Source: Lytechinus pictus
Lineage: Eukaryota
Length of the DNA: 64,000 nucleotides
NCBI RefSeq assembly: GCF_037042905.1
Contig: NC_087245.1
Span: 7,442,001-7,506,000 of the forward strand
Direction of reading: 5' to 3'
Below the pieces are notes generated by a model, which did no database searches, was not told the DNA's origin, and was given only the letters and a program-made list of their open reading frames with translations. Of the stretch, positions 1 to 10,696 are shown piece after piece. Made by a program: the position numbers and the translations under genes. How positions within the stretch are numbered: position 1 is the first letter of the stretch; each line of letters begins with the position of its first letter.

Positions 1-1851
1 AATATTTCCGCTTGAGTGAGCACCACTTACTTTTGAAAAGTTAGTGAAAAATGATTTGCGCAGAACTTTTAAATAGTTATGCGAATAAAAGTAGACCTTA
101 ATCATTAAGAACACATGGAATTTAGCTAGTAAAATTGATTTGAGATATCTTTTACCTTTTAAAACTGTTCCTTGCCCAGAACACTTCGAAGAGTGCATTG
201 AGCCTCACCCCACTCCCCCACACACCGAGGCCATCGAGACGATATTTGCCTTACACTGAGCTGTGATTTACATGAAATGGCATAGGCTTGATTTTCATTT
301 TGTTAATCATTGTCAAGCTTGGGAAAAGTGTGGAGAAACAAGTATTAAATGAAATATGAAATGTAAACCCACTTTAAATTATAACAAGTGGAACGCCTCT
401 GGCAGTCTCGCCTGCATTACGCGAGTTAATATAGCAGCAGTGCTAACTTTGAAAACTACTATAAAATAATCATTCACAAAAACACCATTCATATAATGAC
501 ATAATACCACGTTCATTGACCATAAATGACATTTGAACGGTGACTTAAGACTTGTCAACTACACCCATGTCCACATTTCATTCACTCTATCTATAAACTT
601 TCAAAGTTATGATGGCAATCCAACAATTACCCCAACATGGCCTAAGTTTATTGACCTTAACTGACCTTTGACCTTGGTTTTGTGACCTGAAACTCACAGG
701 GGATGTTCAGTGATACTTTATTACTCAGTTATATATCCCAAGTTTTATGAACTAGATCCATAAACTTTCAGAGTTAGGATGGTAATTTAACAAATACCCC
801 CAACACGGCCAAAGTTCATTGACCTTAAATGACCATTGACCATGGTCATGTGACCTGAAACTCGCACAGGATATTCAGTGGTACCTGATTAACCTAATCA
901 TATGTCCAAGTTTCATGAACTAGATCCATAAATTTTCAAAGTTATGATAATAATTCACCAAATACCCCCAACTTGACCAAAGTTCATTGACCCTAAATGA
1001 CCTTTGACCTGAAACTTGAGCAGGATGTTCACTAATACTTGATTAACCTTATGCCCAAGTTTCATGAACTATAGGTCCATATACTTTCTAAGTTATGATG
1101 TCATTTCAAAAACTTAACCTGAACAAGATTTTGAAAATAATTCTCCCAACATGGTCAAAGTTCATTGACCCTAAATGACCTCTGACCTTGGTCATGTGAT
1201 CTGAAACTCAGGCAGGATGTTCAGTAATACTTGATTAACCTTATGTTTAAGTTTCATGAACTAGGTCCATATACTTTCTAAGTTATGATGTCATTTCAAA
1301 AACTTAACCTTAGGTTAAGATTTGATGTTGACGCCGCCGCCGTCGGAAAAGCGGCGCCTATAGTCTCGCTCTGCTATGCAGGCGAGACAAAAACTTAGTG
1401 AAAAAATATTGGAGATGTCTGATATAAACTTTTGTTCAGATTCAGTTATGTCCTCAGAGTCAGCTGGCACAAAAAGGGTAATGGTTGTGCTTAATAAAAG
1501 TGTTGAAATGTCAATTTGGGTGGCAAAATTGTTAAAAAATGCTTGAATGTATCCGTTTTATTTCAATTGACTAAAAGTGCAAGGAAAATGTATGAGAAAT
1601 ATTTCGCAGGTAAGTTTGATTTCGGCCTTACCCCTTGACACAGCGTGAAAACGAGCATTTCTGCGAGCTTTACAAAAATGGGCAGTGCTCACTCAAGTGT
1701 AACATTCTGTCAAAACCTTTACTTTCATTGAATAGATGAGACCCAAACCCAAGATTAGGCCTATATGTGAAAAAATACCCACATGTTGTATATTTTTTTA
1801 ATTCCCATGCAGGGCTTTTTCAAAGTGTAAACTTTTTTTTTATACGCCCGG
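1..1851. mobile_element. Tc1/mariner-like non-autonomous element (left end outside window), interrupted by the 383-1391 insertion
   Basis: Right end reads ...tcaaagtgtaaacttttttttttatacgcccgg followed by TA. Positions 1-25 (aatatttccgcttgagtgagcacc) are the inverted complement of ~1683-1707 (cagtgctcactcaagtgtaacatt), indicating long TIRs. Confidence 0.55.
383..1391 (-). mobile_element. Helentron/HINE (DINE-like) non-autonomous element with an internal ~140-bp tandem array
   Basis: 13-bp subterminal IR (gtctcgcctgcat at ~405, atgcaggcgagac at ~1376), terminal hairpin gtctcgc..gcgagac, and several ~140-bp units containing 'caaagttcattgacc..tgacctttgacc'. Inserted in an A/T run with no TSD. 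Confidence 0.7.
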
Positions 1852-3220
1852 TACTATAGCCTTCTTGTATCTCTAGCAATGAGCGGGAGAAGGAGCCTAA
1901 AGGGAACTTTTGGCAGCCGCACACCAAGCTAGGGCGGAAATTTTATGTGTGATCAATTTGAAAGAAAAAAAAAAGACGACTTCTAGCTCATACTTCGGTG
2001 TATTTTATACTTTAATTCCATGCTCGAATGTACAGTTTAATACTTGGTGGCAAGATATTGCTAAAAAAAGCCATGAAAAAGGAGTAGCGAAAGTTTGTGG
2101 GAAATATCCGGCCTGCCACCCCTCCCTGCCAACGGCAACACAAAAATAGGTATAGTGCATCTAATTTTGCAGAGCAGTAAAAGCCAGTAATGGACATTCT
2201 ACATTGATCGATGAACACGGCCTTAGTCCTACAACATCGTTAGAGTAAACGAAACTAAACTAAACTTGAGGGAATAATAATAATAGTCATTTTGCTTTTC
2301 GCGGAGCCTTAAAAATAAAAGAAAAACTTTTCGTCAAGTTGGATTTTTATTGATTTGAGGGGGAATGAAAAACATCACGAAGCTACCTTTCTTCCCTTTT
2401 TCCCCTTCGCTTTTCTCCAAGTTTCCCCTGCGATCCCCTTCTCTTTATTCTTATCAAACTAAACCCTTTTTTAAAATTTGGAATGGAAATGTATCTAGTT
2501 GATAATCTCTTATACAATTTGTGTCATTTGAATCAAAATATTATTTAAAATTGAAAAGAAAATAAGAAAATTCGAATGCTAGTTTCAATTACTGTATACT
2601 CTATATATGGTTTAAAATTTAGAACGGGCAAGCTAAATCTCCCGTTTGTGAATACGGGTCATTCGGTTGCCAAAGGTGTTTAATTTTTTTCTGGGGGTCC
2701 CCATGTATGCTCCTTCCTCGGAGACTAATAAATCTAAAAGCAAATTAGTGTATATTGAATTATGGTTTCTTACCATCTGCATCAACCATGAAATTACCAA
2801 TAACCACTGCAATCGTTGAAAAAGGAATGTGAGATGAGGGAGCACTCCCCATAGGATACGGATTCAAGACATTATTCTTCATGCAAAATTAGCTAAACAT
2901 AACTTAGTTTTACAAAAACAAAGCCAAAGATACTGATCTAGATCTATTAACGATTGGCAGTATAAGTTGTGCAGCGGATGATATTTTTTTTTTTTTGGGG
3001 GGGGGGCAGCCGGGATCAAGCACATTTTCCAAAATTTTCAAAACTTCTTTAATGCAAAATCATACTTGTGCTGAAATTGCTTTTGATGTACCGGTAAAGT
3101 TAGCTAGCCTTAGCTAAATTCATATTTGCAAAAGTGTTGATTTGGCAAATCATTAAGTTGCGTGGCTCTAAAAGTATTTCCCTCGGATTTCCCGAGCTGC
3201 ACTAAGGCTCATGCCATCGC

Positions 3221-5547
3221 GGTACGCGAAATTATTTTTCCCACCGAGTTCTGGACCAACATATGAATATTCATGACTTGCGTCTTCGGATTGAGAGTAC
3301 GCATGCGCGTGGACTTGGCCTCGACCAGTGCCGATCGTAAGCATTCACGTTTAGTTGCTCAGAATGAATTAGCATCGTCAAATTACCGGTACCCTTACAT
3401 AGTTACATAGGCCTTATAGGCTTAGATCTATATATACATCCAATTCTTAAACACTTATCAAACTAGCTGCCATTAATGGCAAGACATGTGCTAGGGTAGG
3501 GCTAGCTTAGGCTAGCGCATTAACTTTACCTCAAATCTGGACCTGTCTAATGCCTAATACTAATAGGAATAGCCGACTAATGCCATGGGTAACTTAGAAC
3601 TTGTTAATTCTGAACTTTAATTGATTAGATTCCTATCCTGTTCATATTCTTTATAAGGCGCTATGAATGTCCAGTTGTTAGGTTGGAAAATAAAAAACTT
3701 TCAGCTCGCGCTTCGCGCTCGCATTCATTGTTTAGATTCTTATTCCGTTCATTATTAAGTGCTAAGAATTTCCAGTTTTTAGGTTGGAAATCAAAAACTT
3801 TCAGCTCGCGCTTCACGCTCGCATTAATTGTTTAGTTTCCTATCTTGTTCATATTCTTTTTAAAGTGCTATGAATGTCCAGTATTTAGGTTGGAAAAAAG
3901 TCAGCTCGCGCTCGCATCTATTATTTATTTAAATTCTTATCCTGTTCATGATTTGAAAAATGTGTTACGAATGTCCAGTTTTTAGGTTGGAATATCAAAA
4001 ACTATCAGCTTGCGCTTCGCGCTCACATTAATTGATTAGATTCCTATACTGTTCATATTCTTTTTAAAGTGCTATGAATGTCCAGCATTTAGGCTGGAAA
4101 ATCAAAAACTTTCAGCTCGCGCTCGCATCTATTATCTAGTTAAATTCCTATTCTGTTCATGATTTGAAAAAGTGTTACAAATGTATAGTTTTTAGGTACT
4201 TCCTATCCTGTTCTTAATTTGAAAAATCGTTACGAATGTCCAGTTTTTAGGTTGGAAAATAAATATTAGCTTATTTGCCATGGTTTAATAATTATGTCTA
4301 GTCCGTATACAAAACCAGTCCTAGATCTAAAAAAAAATTATCTTAGTTCTAGTCTAGTCTCTATATCTAGACTCTGATCTACGCTGTATCAGCATGGAAC
4401 TACTAGTGTACCAAGGGGGGGGGGGGGAAGACTGTCCCTCTGACGAGTCACAACTGATTCAGGGGACGTGCCCCCTTTGAGAAGCCAAATTATTAATGTA
4501 ATTTGTAATGTGAAAATGCAATGAAAAAGACGTATGTCCCCTTTTTTTAACATGAAGATCTTTTTTTTTTTTTTTTTTGCTTGTCAATTTTTTTTTCAGC
4601 TAAGAAATCCATAATTTGGGGTGAAGACCCTTTTTTTTTTTTTGGGGGGGGGGGCTTGTCACATTTTTTCGCGGACGAAATATCCTCTAAAAAATTTGCC
4701 CCCCTTTTGGAAAATCCTAGGTACACCAGTGCGTGCATGGAACGTATTCTAACGTCAGGCACAAATTAACGTCAGTGATCTTGATCCCCGTCTTCACCCA
4801 AAAAAAAAAATTGACAAGAAAAAAAAAAGATCTTCACGTTCAAAAGAGGGGACATACGTCTTTTTTCGTTGCATTTTGACATTACAAATTATTAATTTGG
4901 CTTCTCAAGGGGGGGGGGGCACGTCCCCTGGATCAGTTGTGACTCGTCAGGGGGGCAGTCTGCCCCCCCCCCCCCGCCCCTTTGGTACACTAGTGGTTCC
5001 ATGCTGATAGCGCGTAGATCAGAGTCTAAATCTAGAGACTAGACTAGAACTAAGATATTTATTTTAGATCTAGGACTGGTTCTGTATACGGACTAGACAT
5101 ATTAAACCATGGTAAATAAGCTAATATTGGTCCAAACCTAATCAAACGTGAAGTTCGGAATTAACAAGTTCGAAGTTAACCATGGCATTAGTCGGCTATT
5201 CCTATTAGTATTAGGCATTAGACAGGTCCAGATTTGAGGTAAAGTTAATGCGCTAGCCTAAGCTAGCCCTACCCTAGCACATGTCTTGCCATTAATGGCA
5301 GCTAGTTTGATAAGTGTTTAAGAATTGGATGTATATATAGATCTAAGCCTATAAGGCCTATGTAACTATGTAAGGGTACCGGTAATTTGACGATGCTAAT
5401 TCATTCTGAGCAACTAAACGTGAATGCTTACGATCGGCACTGGTCGAGGCCAAGTCCACGCGCATGCGTACTCTCAATCCGAAGACGCAAGTCATGAATA
5501 TTCATATGTTGGTCCAGAACTCGGTGGGAAAAATAATTTCGCTACCG
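3221..5547. repeat. Large inverted duplication (arms ~3221-4590 and ~4797-5547)
   Basis: 3226-3587 is an essentially exact reverse complement of ~5180-5542. 4262-4590 matches ~4797-5127 with scattered mismatches. Confidence 0.95.
3620..4260. repeat. Tandem repeat, ~120-bp unit, about 5 copies
   Basis: Recurring 'aatgtccagtttttaggttggaaaatcaaaaactttcagctcgcgcttcgcgctcgcatt..ttagattcctatcctgttcat'. Confidence 0.9.
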
Positions 5548-5990
5548 GTACCTGTCCAGTACTAGCTACCGGTATACCGTAGCGTACGTAGCTATGATAT
5601 GTGTAGATGATGATGATCGGGCGGCGTACATTCGGACGTAGAATTTGAACAAGGTAATATGTTCGAAGACTTCGGGATGCGGGAGGGACTTATTTTGAGC
5701 TCAGTATTACTTTTTACAGGTGAGTATTTTCTGAATCTGTATGGAGTTTATCCTAAATCTAACCCACGTTCTGATTTTCCTCAGCTAAGCATAAGTCTAA
5801 ACTAAGTAAGGCAAGAGCAGCCGGTAGTTTATCAAGCGCCGGAATCATGGGAATTGAGTGGCGCGTGTCGACTCCGGTGCTGGAGCTGAGCTGGACATCC
5901 GCGGTGTAGCGGATCGATCCGTCGGGAGCTGCGATGGATGGGGCTGTCGCTGGGCAGGGTAGGGGGTGGGGTCAGGTGTCCGGACACTTT
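5540..5990 (+). promoter_or_regulatory. CpG-rich putative promoter and non-coding first exon (donor after 5719, alternative after 5653)
   Basis: Local GC/CpG enrichment in an AT-rich background, strong donor cag|gtgagt at 5719/5720, and an NRF1-like cgcgcatgcgta at ~5459. Linkage to the CCP gene is inferred because no other gene is visible. Confidence 0.5.
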
Positions 5991-6441
5991 ATAATTTTGA
6001 AGCCTTCTTTTTTGTCCTTGGATTACACTAAAACTATGAATTCAAAAGTTGTAATCATCTTCTCTTTTGTTCTCTATGATATTTCCCAACATTTTGTTCT
6101 AAAAATTGATGAAAGTAAAAACTTTGCTTGTAAATTTTTCCAAATGACTTTGAAATTGATCGTCCGGAGGCGGAGGTCCAGACACACAACAACTGGATAT
6201 ACAATACTATACCGGTATGTAGCAGAACAATTTCAAGAGTTCAAATCCGGCTGCCATTAAACTCGAGTTCGATTTCCATCCAACAGTTAGAAGAGGGAAG
6301 CTGGCTACTCTAACTGTTATTACAAGACATGAAAGAAGTGGAGTGCTATTAATATTTATGATGGAGCCAAGTTTTGGTAATGACAGCAATATCCATGATA
6401 TGATAAAGACCATTGTGATTTGTGTTTTTTTTTAATGACAG

Positions 6442-6454
6442 GCCATGGCATTCG
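6442..6454 (+). CDS. Candidate 13-nt start microexon (ATG at 6445, MAF plus phase-1 G)
   Basis: tttttttttaatgacag|gccATGgcattcg|gtaaga has a good acceptor, Kozak context and donor. Phase 1 matches the downstream CCP exons. Confidence 0.5.
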
Positions 6455-7423
6455 GTAAGAAATTCATATGTAGATCTAGGTCTACATTTTTTATTATGCC
6501 AAAATTTTTATGAGGTTTTAAAACGCTTATTCAAATATTCTTGCGAATAAAAGGAACAATATCTCCTGATATAAAATTATGTTCAATTTATTAATTATTG
6601 TGTAGACATGTCACATAGGGCTCACCATCAATCACATCATACTAGAAGAGATTTCATGTTTTCATGACATCTGAATTGCATGTCAACCAAATAGCAAAAT
6701 ACAGGAGAATCTCAAAGTCAAAGTGATTTATTAATAGTGCAATATTTTTTTGTGGTGCAGACTACACTGCTGCTTTTCTCAATGTGGAACAGATTGCCCT
6801 TCCCCATTGCTTTTACCATTGTCAGACATTGTCCTCTATCAGTATCACTGTAGGCCATTTGACAAACCATGCATGCAAGCAATCCACCTCTATTTGGGTA
6901 CTTGTAAATAGTGCAACTCCTTAGCCATAGACTGATAAAGGTATAGGCTTTCTACATCATTATTCCTAATTTTAATGGGCATATTAACCAGCAGCCTGAA
7001 TAGTCCCACCTCAAATCCTAAACTGCTCATATCTGGCCAGGATCATTATCCATAATAATGCAACTTTCTGAGCTGTGCAGTCTTGTAATATAGCAGCATA
7101 GGCACACTTTAGTGATAACTCGCTATCCATGCATACATTCATTTTGCAATTATCATGTTACCAAGTAGCAAAACAGGTAATTTCTTCTCAAAAAACATCA
7201 AGTTTAAACACAAATTACAGAATGATGAGCTATTTTATACCATGTTTTCCAATATTAATATCAAAATATATATTATAAGACTAGCTATTTATAACACACA
7301 GTGTTGTTTAGATCGATCCTCATTTGAATGTCAGAATTCCTTTAACCTCAATATTAACCAATGAGTTTTAATTGGCTGTGTCTGTATGACTACATGTATG
7401 TTCCACTGAAACTAAGACAGAGG

Positions 7424-7806
7424 TTAAAGCTGAATGACAGTAGTTGCAGTAAAATACTGATTTCGTGAGAAAGTCTGCAAAACCAAGGTTAAGTATTACT
7501 ATATCATCGTGGATCTAGATCTGGTACAGTTACATAAACTGAACTTTGTGAAATCATAATATCTAAGCTAAAAACGATCACACTGAAGATCGCCAACACA
7601 GATAGGCACACGTGGGACAGTGTATTATTATTGCTGAAATAGGAAGTGACAGAATCCGCGCTTATTTCTGAGCAATTACACAATTTCTTCCAGAATCCTT
7701 TGGCACATATTTTTTATTCATACAAACAGACACTTTGGTGATCATTATATTAAATTCTGTAAAAAGTCATTTTGAGATTGTCCCCACAACTGGAATTTAC
7801 CTTTAA
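7424..7806 (-). mobile_element. TTAA-flanked MITE (Kolobok-like), family copy
   Basis: Ends ttaa-ag...ct-ttaa. Reverse complement of the copies at 15305, 20262 and 41071. Confidence 0.8.
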
Positions 7807-9248
7807 GCCTTGCTACCTATGAACTCTTGAGTGGATTGAATGTATTTTAATTTATAACTGAATTTCACATTTACATGTAGTTTAGAGAGCCTCTCATTTT
7901 AAAATCTATTTACTATTTCAGTTCTTATAGATATCACCAAATACTTTAGCATAATTTATAAACACTAGATTTAGTCTAGATCGAATAAACACAGTTTCAT
8001 TTCATCTGATAATTACTAAGGATGCTGTTGGCTGTACTTTAATCAGTTCATGTAATCTTATTTGAAAGAAACAATTTCTATTTTTAATGTAATTAATCTC
8101 TTCCTTCATTAATTTCATGGAATGCATGAATATATTTCAATGTTTGGTTCAGTCAGTGTAAATGTAGGTGCTCAGAATAGAGTTGGGATAAGGCCATAAG
8201 GGAATTCCTTTTTTTAGATAAAATAACTTAAACAGTGTCGAGCAAAGTATTTATCCCTATATAGATCTACATTTCAATATTTTGTTTCATTAAGTTTACC
8301 CTAGTAGTCGCATGAGGTCACACGGGCCTAACTACAACTGGCAGGCCAAAGATATTCATTTGAGCCAACCCATTGCTCAATTTTGAAATTTGATATTGCT
8401 GATTGACAAAAATGAATAAATATGATTGACAATCTACATTAACACTGATTCTAGGGAGGGTACCTACTGAACTTCCTTTTTCCAAATTGGAAAGATATAT
8501 CACTACTTTGGAACTATTTTTTTACTGGCGGAAGAATTAGGGCCATATTACTCTCTCAACTGATGAATTTGATCCTGTCAGGTGTAGTCTTCATAAATGC
8601 TGATTTATTTTTAAAATGAGCCGGTCGAGGTACCCTTTTCTGGTCAGATATGGAATCTCAGACATACATCTATATCCTGTCCACTGGTAGTAAACATTCA
8701 ACCCTCGAATTTCCTCATTTTTAATGAATTCTTTTTAAGTGCCACTTTAACACACGAGTCTATGGGAAATGAATTAGGCCTGTGATACCATGAGAGAAAA
8801 GGCTGCTACTTAGTGTTCAAATGATAAGAAATCAATATTTTCTATTCACAGCTCTCCCAACACTGTCTATATCTTGTTCTATGCCTTTATCCTTTTGATT
8901 ATTGTAGGGAAGCCCTTTGTACCATTCAGTAGATCTATAAGACTTTCTTTCACTGGCTACCATCACTCTGAACCTCTTTTATTCAATGCCTGGCGGTCTG
9001 GATTCAGACATGACTCTAATAGATGGATTACTATACAGTCTAAGCATATATGGACATACTAACAGTCTATGCCCAGTTATAAATACACATTGTTGAACTA
9101 TTGAAGGGAATATTTTTCTCTGATAATATAATTTTTAAGGTGCCCCTTGTTCTGATTTCAGAAGAAGTGATAATTAACAAGCATTTCTACACTTTGAAGG
9201 GATAAACTGAAAGAGATGTTTACTTTTGCACAGCATCCTTATAAATAT

Positions 9249-9381
9249 GGGGCCTGTTTCATTAGACTTTGCCATTATTGTTACTACCATGTAAACCTTG
9301 ATTTTGATTGGCTGCTGAGCCCTGTTACCATGGCATTTGCCATGATGGTAAAGTTACTATAGTTGTATTGAAATGGGCCCC
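9249..9381 (-). mobile_element. Short Harbinger-like MITE (ggggcctgtttcat...gaaatgggcccc family)
   Basis: Terminal inverted repeats. Homologous to 59078-59234 and 63539-63700. Confidence 0.7.
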
Positions 9382-9834
9382 TGTTGTGATGACATTTTGG
9401 TTTATAAATCATAAGAATTTTGCTAAGTTTTGAATGCTTAGAATTGTAACACTTCAAAACGGATTTGCGTTACATTATGCAGTCTAAATTCATCAGTGTA
9501 ATGATCCAATGTCTACAAGTGCATTCTACAACATTTATGGTATTTTGAAGAAAAAAAATCTAACTGTTTTCCCTTTCTTTCTGTCAGGATTTGCCCTGCC
9601 ATATTTACATATTTGCTTTACATTCTGTTATGAAAACAAGATTCTTGTACACTTCTTGTTCAATGTAGGTGACACATAATCCATTAAAAGTGTTTTAATT
9701 CTTATTGTTAAACTTAAAGTCTTGAAGATGTAAAATCTACAGTAAATGTAACTTCTGATATGATATTGGCCTATATGTAATTGTTCTTTCATGTCAGTTC
9801 AAGAAGGCATTGTTTCTCTTCTCTCTGTCTCTAA

Positions 9835-10696
9835 GGCCGTGTTTATGCTTAGAACTACTTTTTAGGCCAGAATCAGCGTTTCCAAACGTGATTAGTCCAA
9901 AACACGGTTGCGTTCATGCTTACTTTCATTTAAACGCTGTTTCTATACGCCGATCGTAAACTCACAAAAAGGTGCATTTGTAAACGTCGTTTGACCAGAA
10001 TCAGGCTTTCTGGGGAAGTATAAACAGAACCATGATCGTAAACGTGTTTAAATGACGTCATTTGGTACATGCTTCCGGTGAGATAAAAATCCGCTGGCAA
10101 ATACAGTCGCATTGCTCCATGGTCGCATGTTACCTCCACGGAATTACCTCTCATCTCCCTTGTTACATTCGCATGTGTAGTACTATTACTATTATTACTC
10201 TTCCAATTTGTCATCACGATGAACGTTGAGGGATAAGGGATTTACACCAAAAAAAACCCTGGAACATGAGTTTTAATGAGGAGACATCGCCAGATGCCCC
10301 AGTAGCATAAACAAATAGATATTTCATTATTTTGTATACTTAATATTCTTTATTTGTTCATACTATTATCCTCACCATGGTGGAAATTATATGGCTATAT
10401 CAAGAAGCTCCATGCAATGACTAAAATATCGGAAATTGTTCGATGTTTATATAACAGTCAACGTACCTCCCCCATAACAATACTCAGAAAAAAAACTTTC
10501 GAAAAAGGGCGCGCCCAATTTGACCTCGCTTTCCTGCTCAACGAAAATTACGATGCGAAGCCAGCTGGAGATCGTGATTTCGCCTCTAAAAAGTTAAGCA
10601 CAAACAGCACTCCCAGAACCTTGTTTACGATCGGCGTTTTGAATCGACGTTTGAAAACGCTGATTCTGTCCTCGCAATGGAAGCATAAACACCCCT
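9835..10696. mobile_element. PIF/Harbinger-like MITE
   Basis: TIRs ggccgtgtttatgctt / aagcataaacacccc with TAA/TTA flanks. Interior is richer in CpG than the flanks. Confidence 0.65.

Noticed and set aside
3620..4260. CRISPR-like regular repeats (also 530-1310 and 27365-27940)
   Set aside because: Units are head-to-tail tandem copies without unique spacers, there are no cas genes, and the context is eukaryotic.
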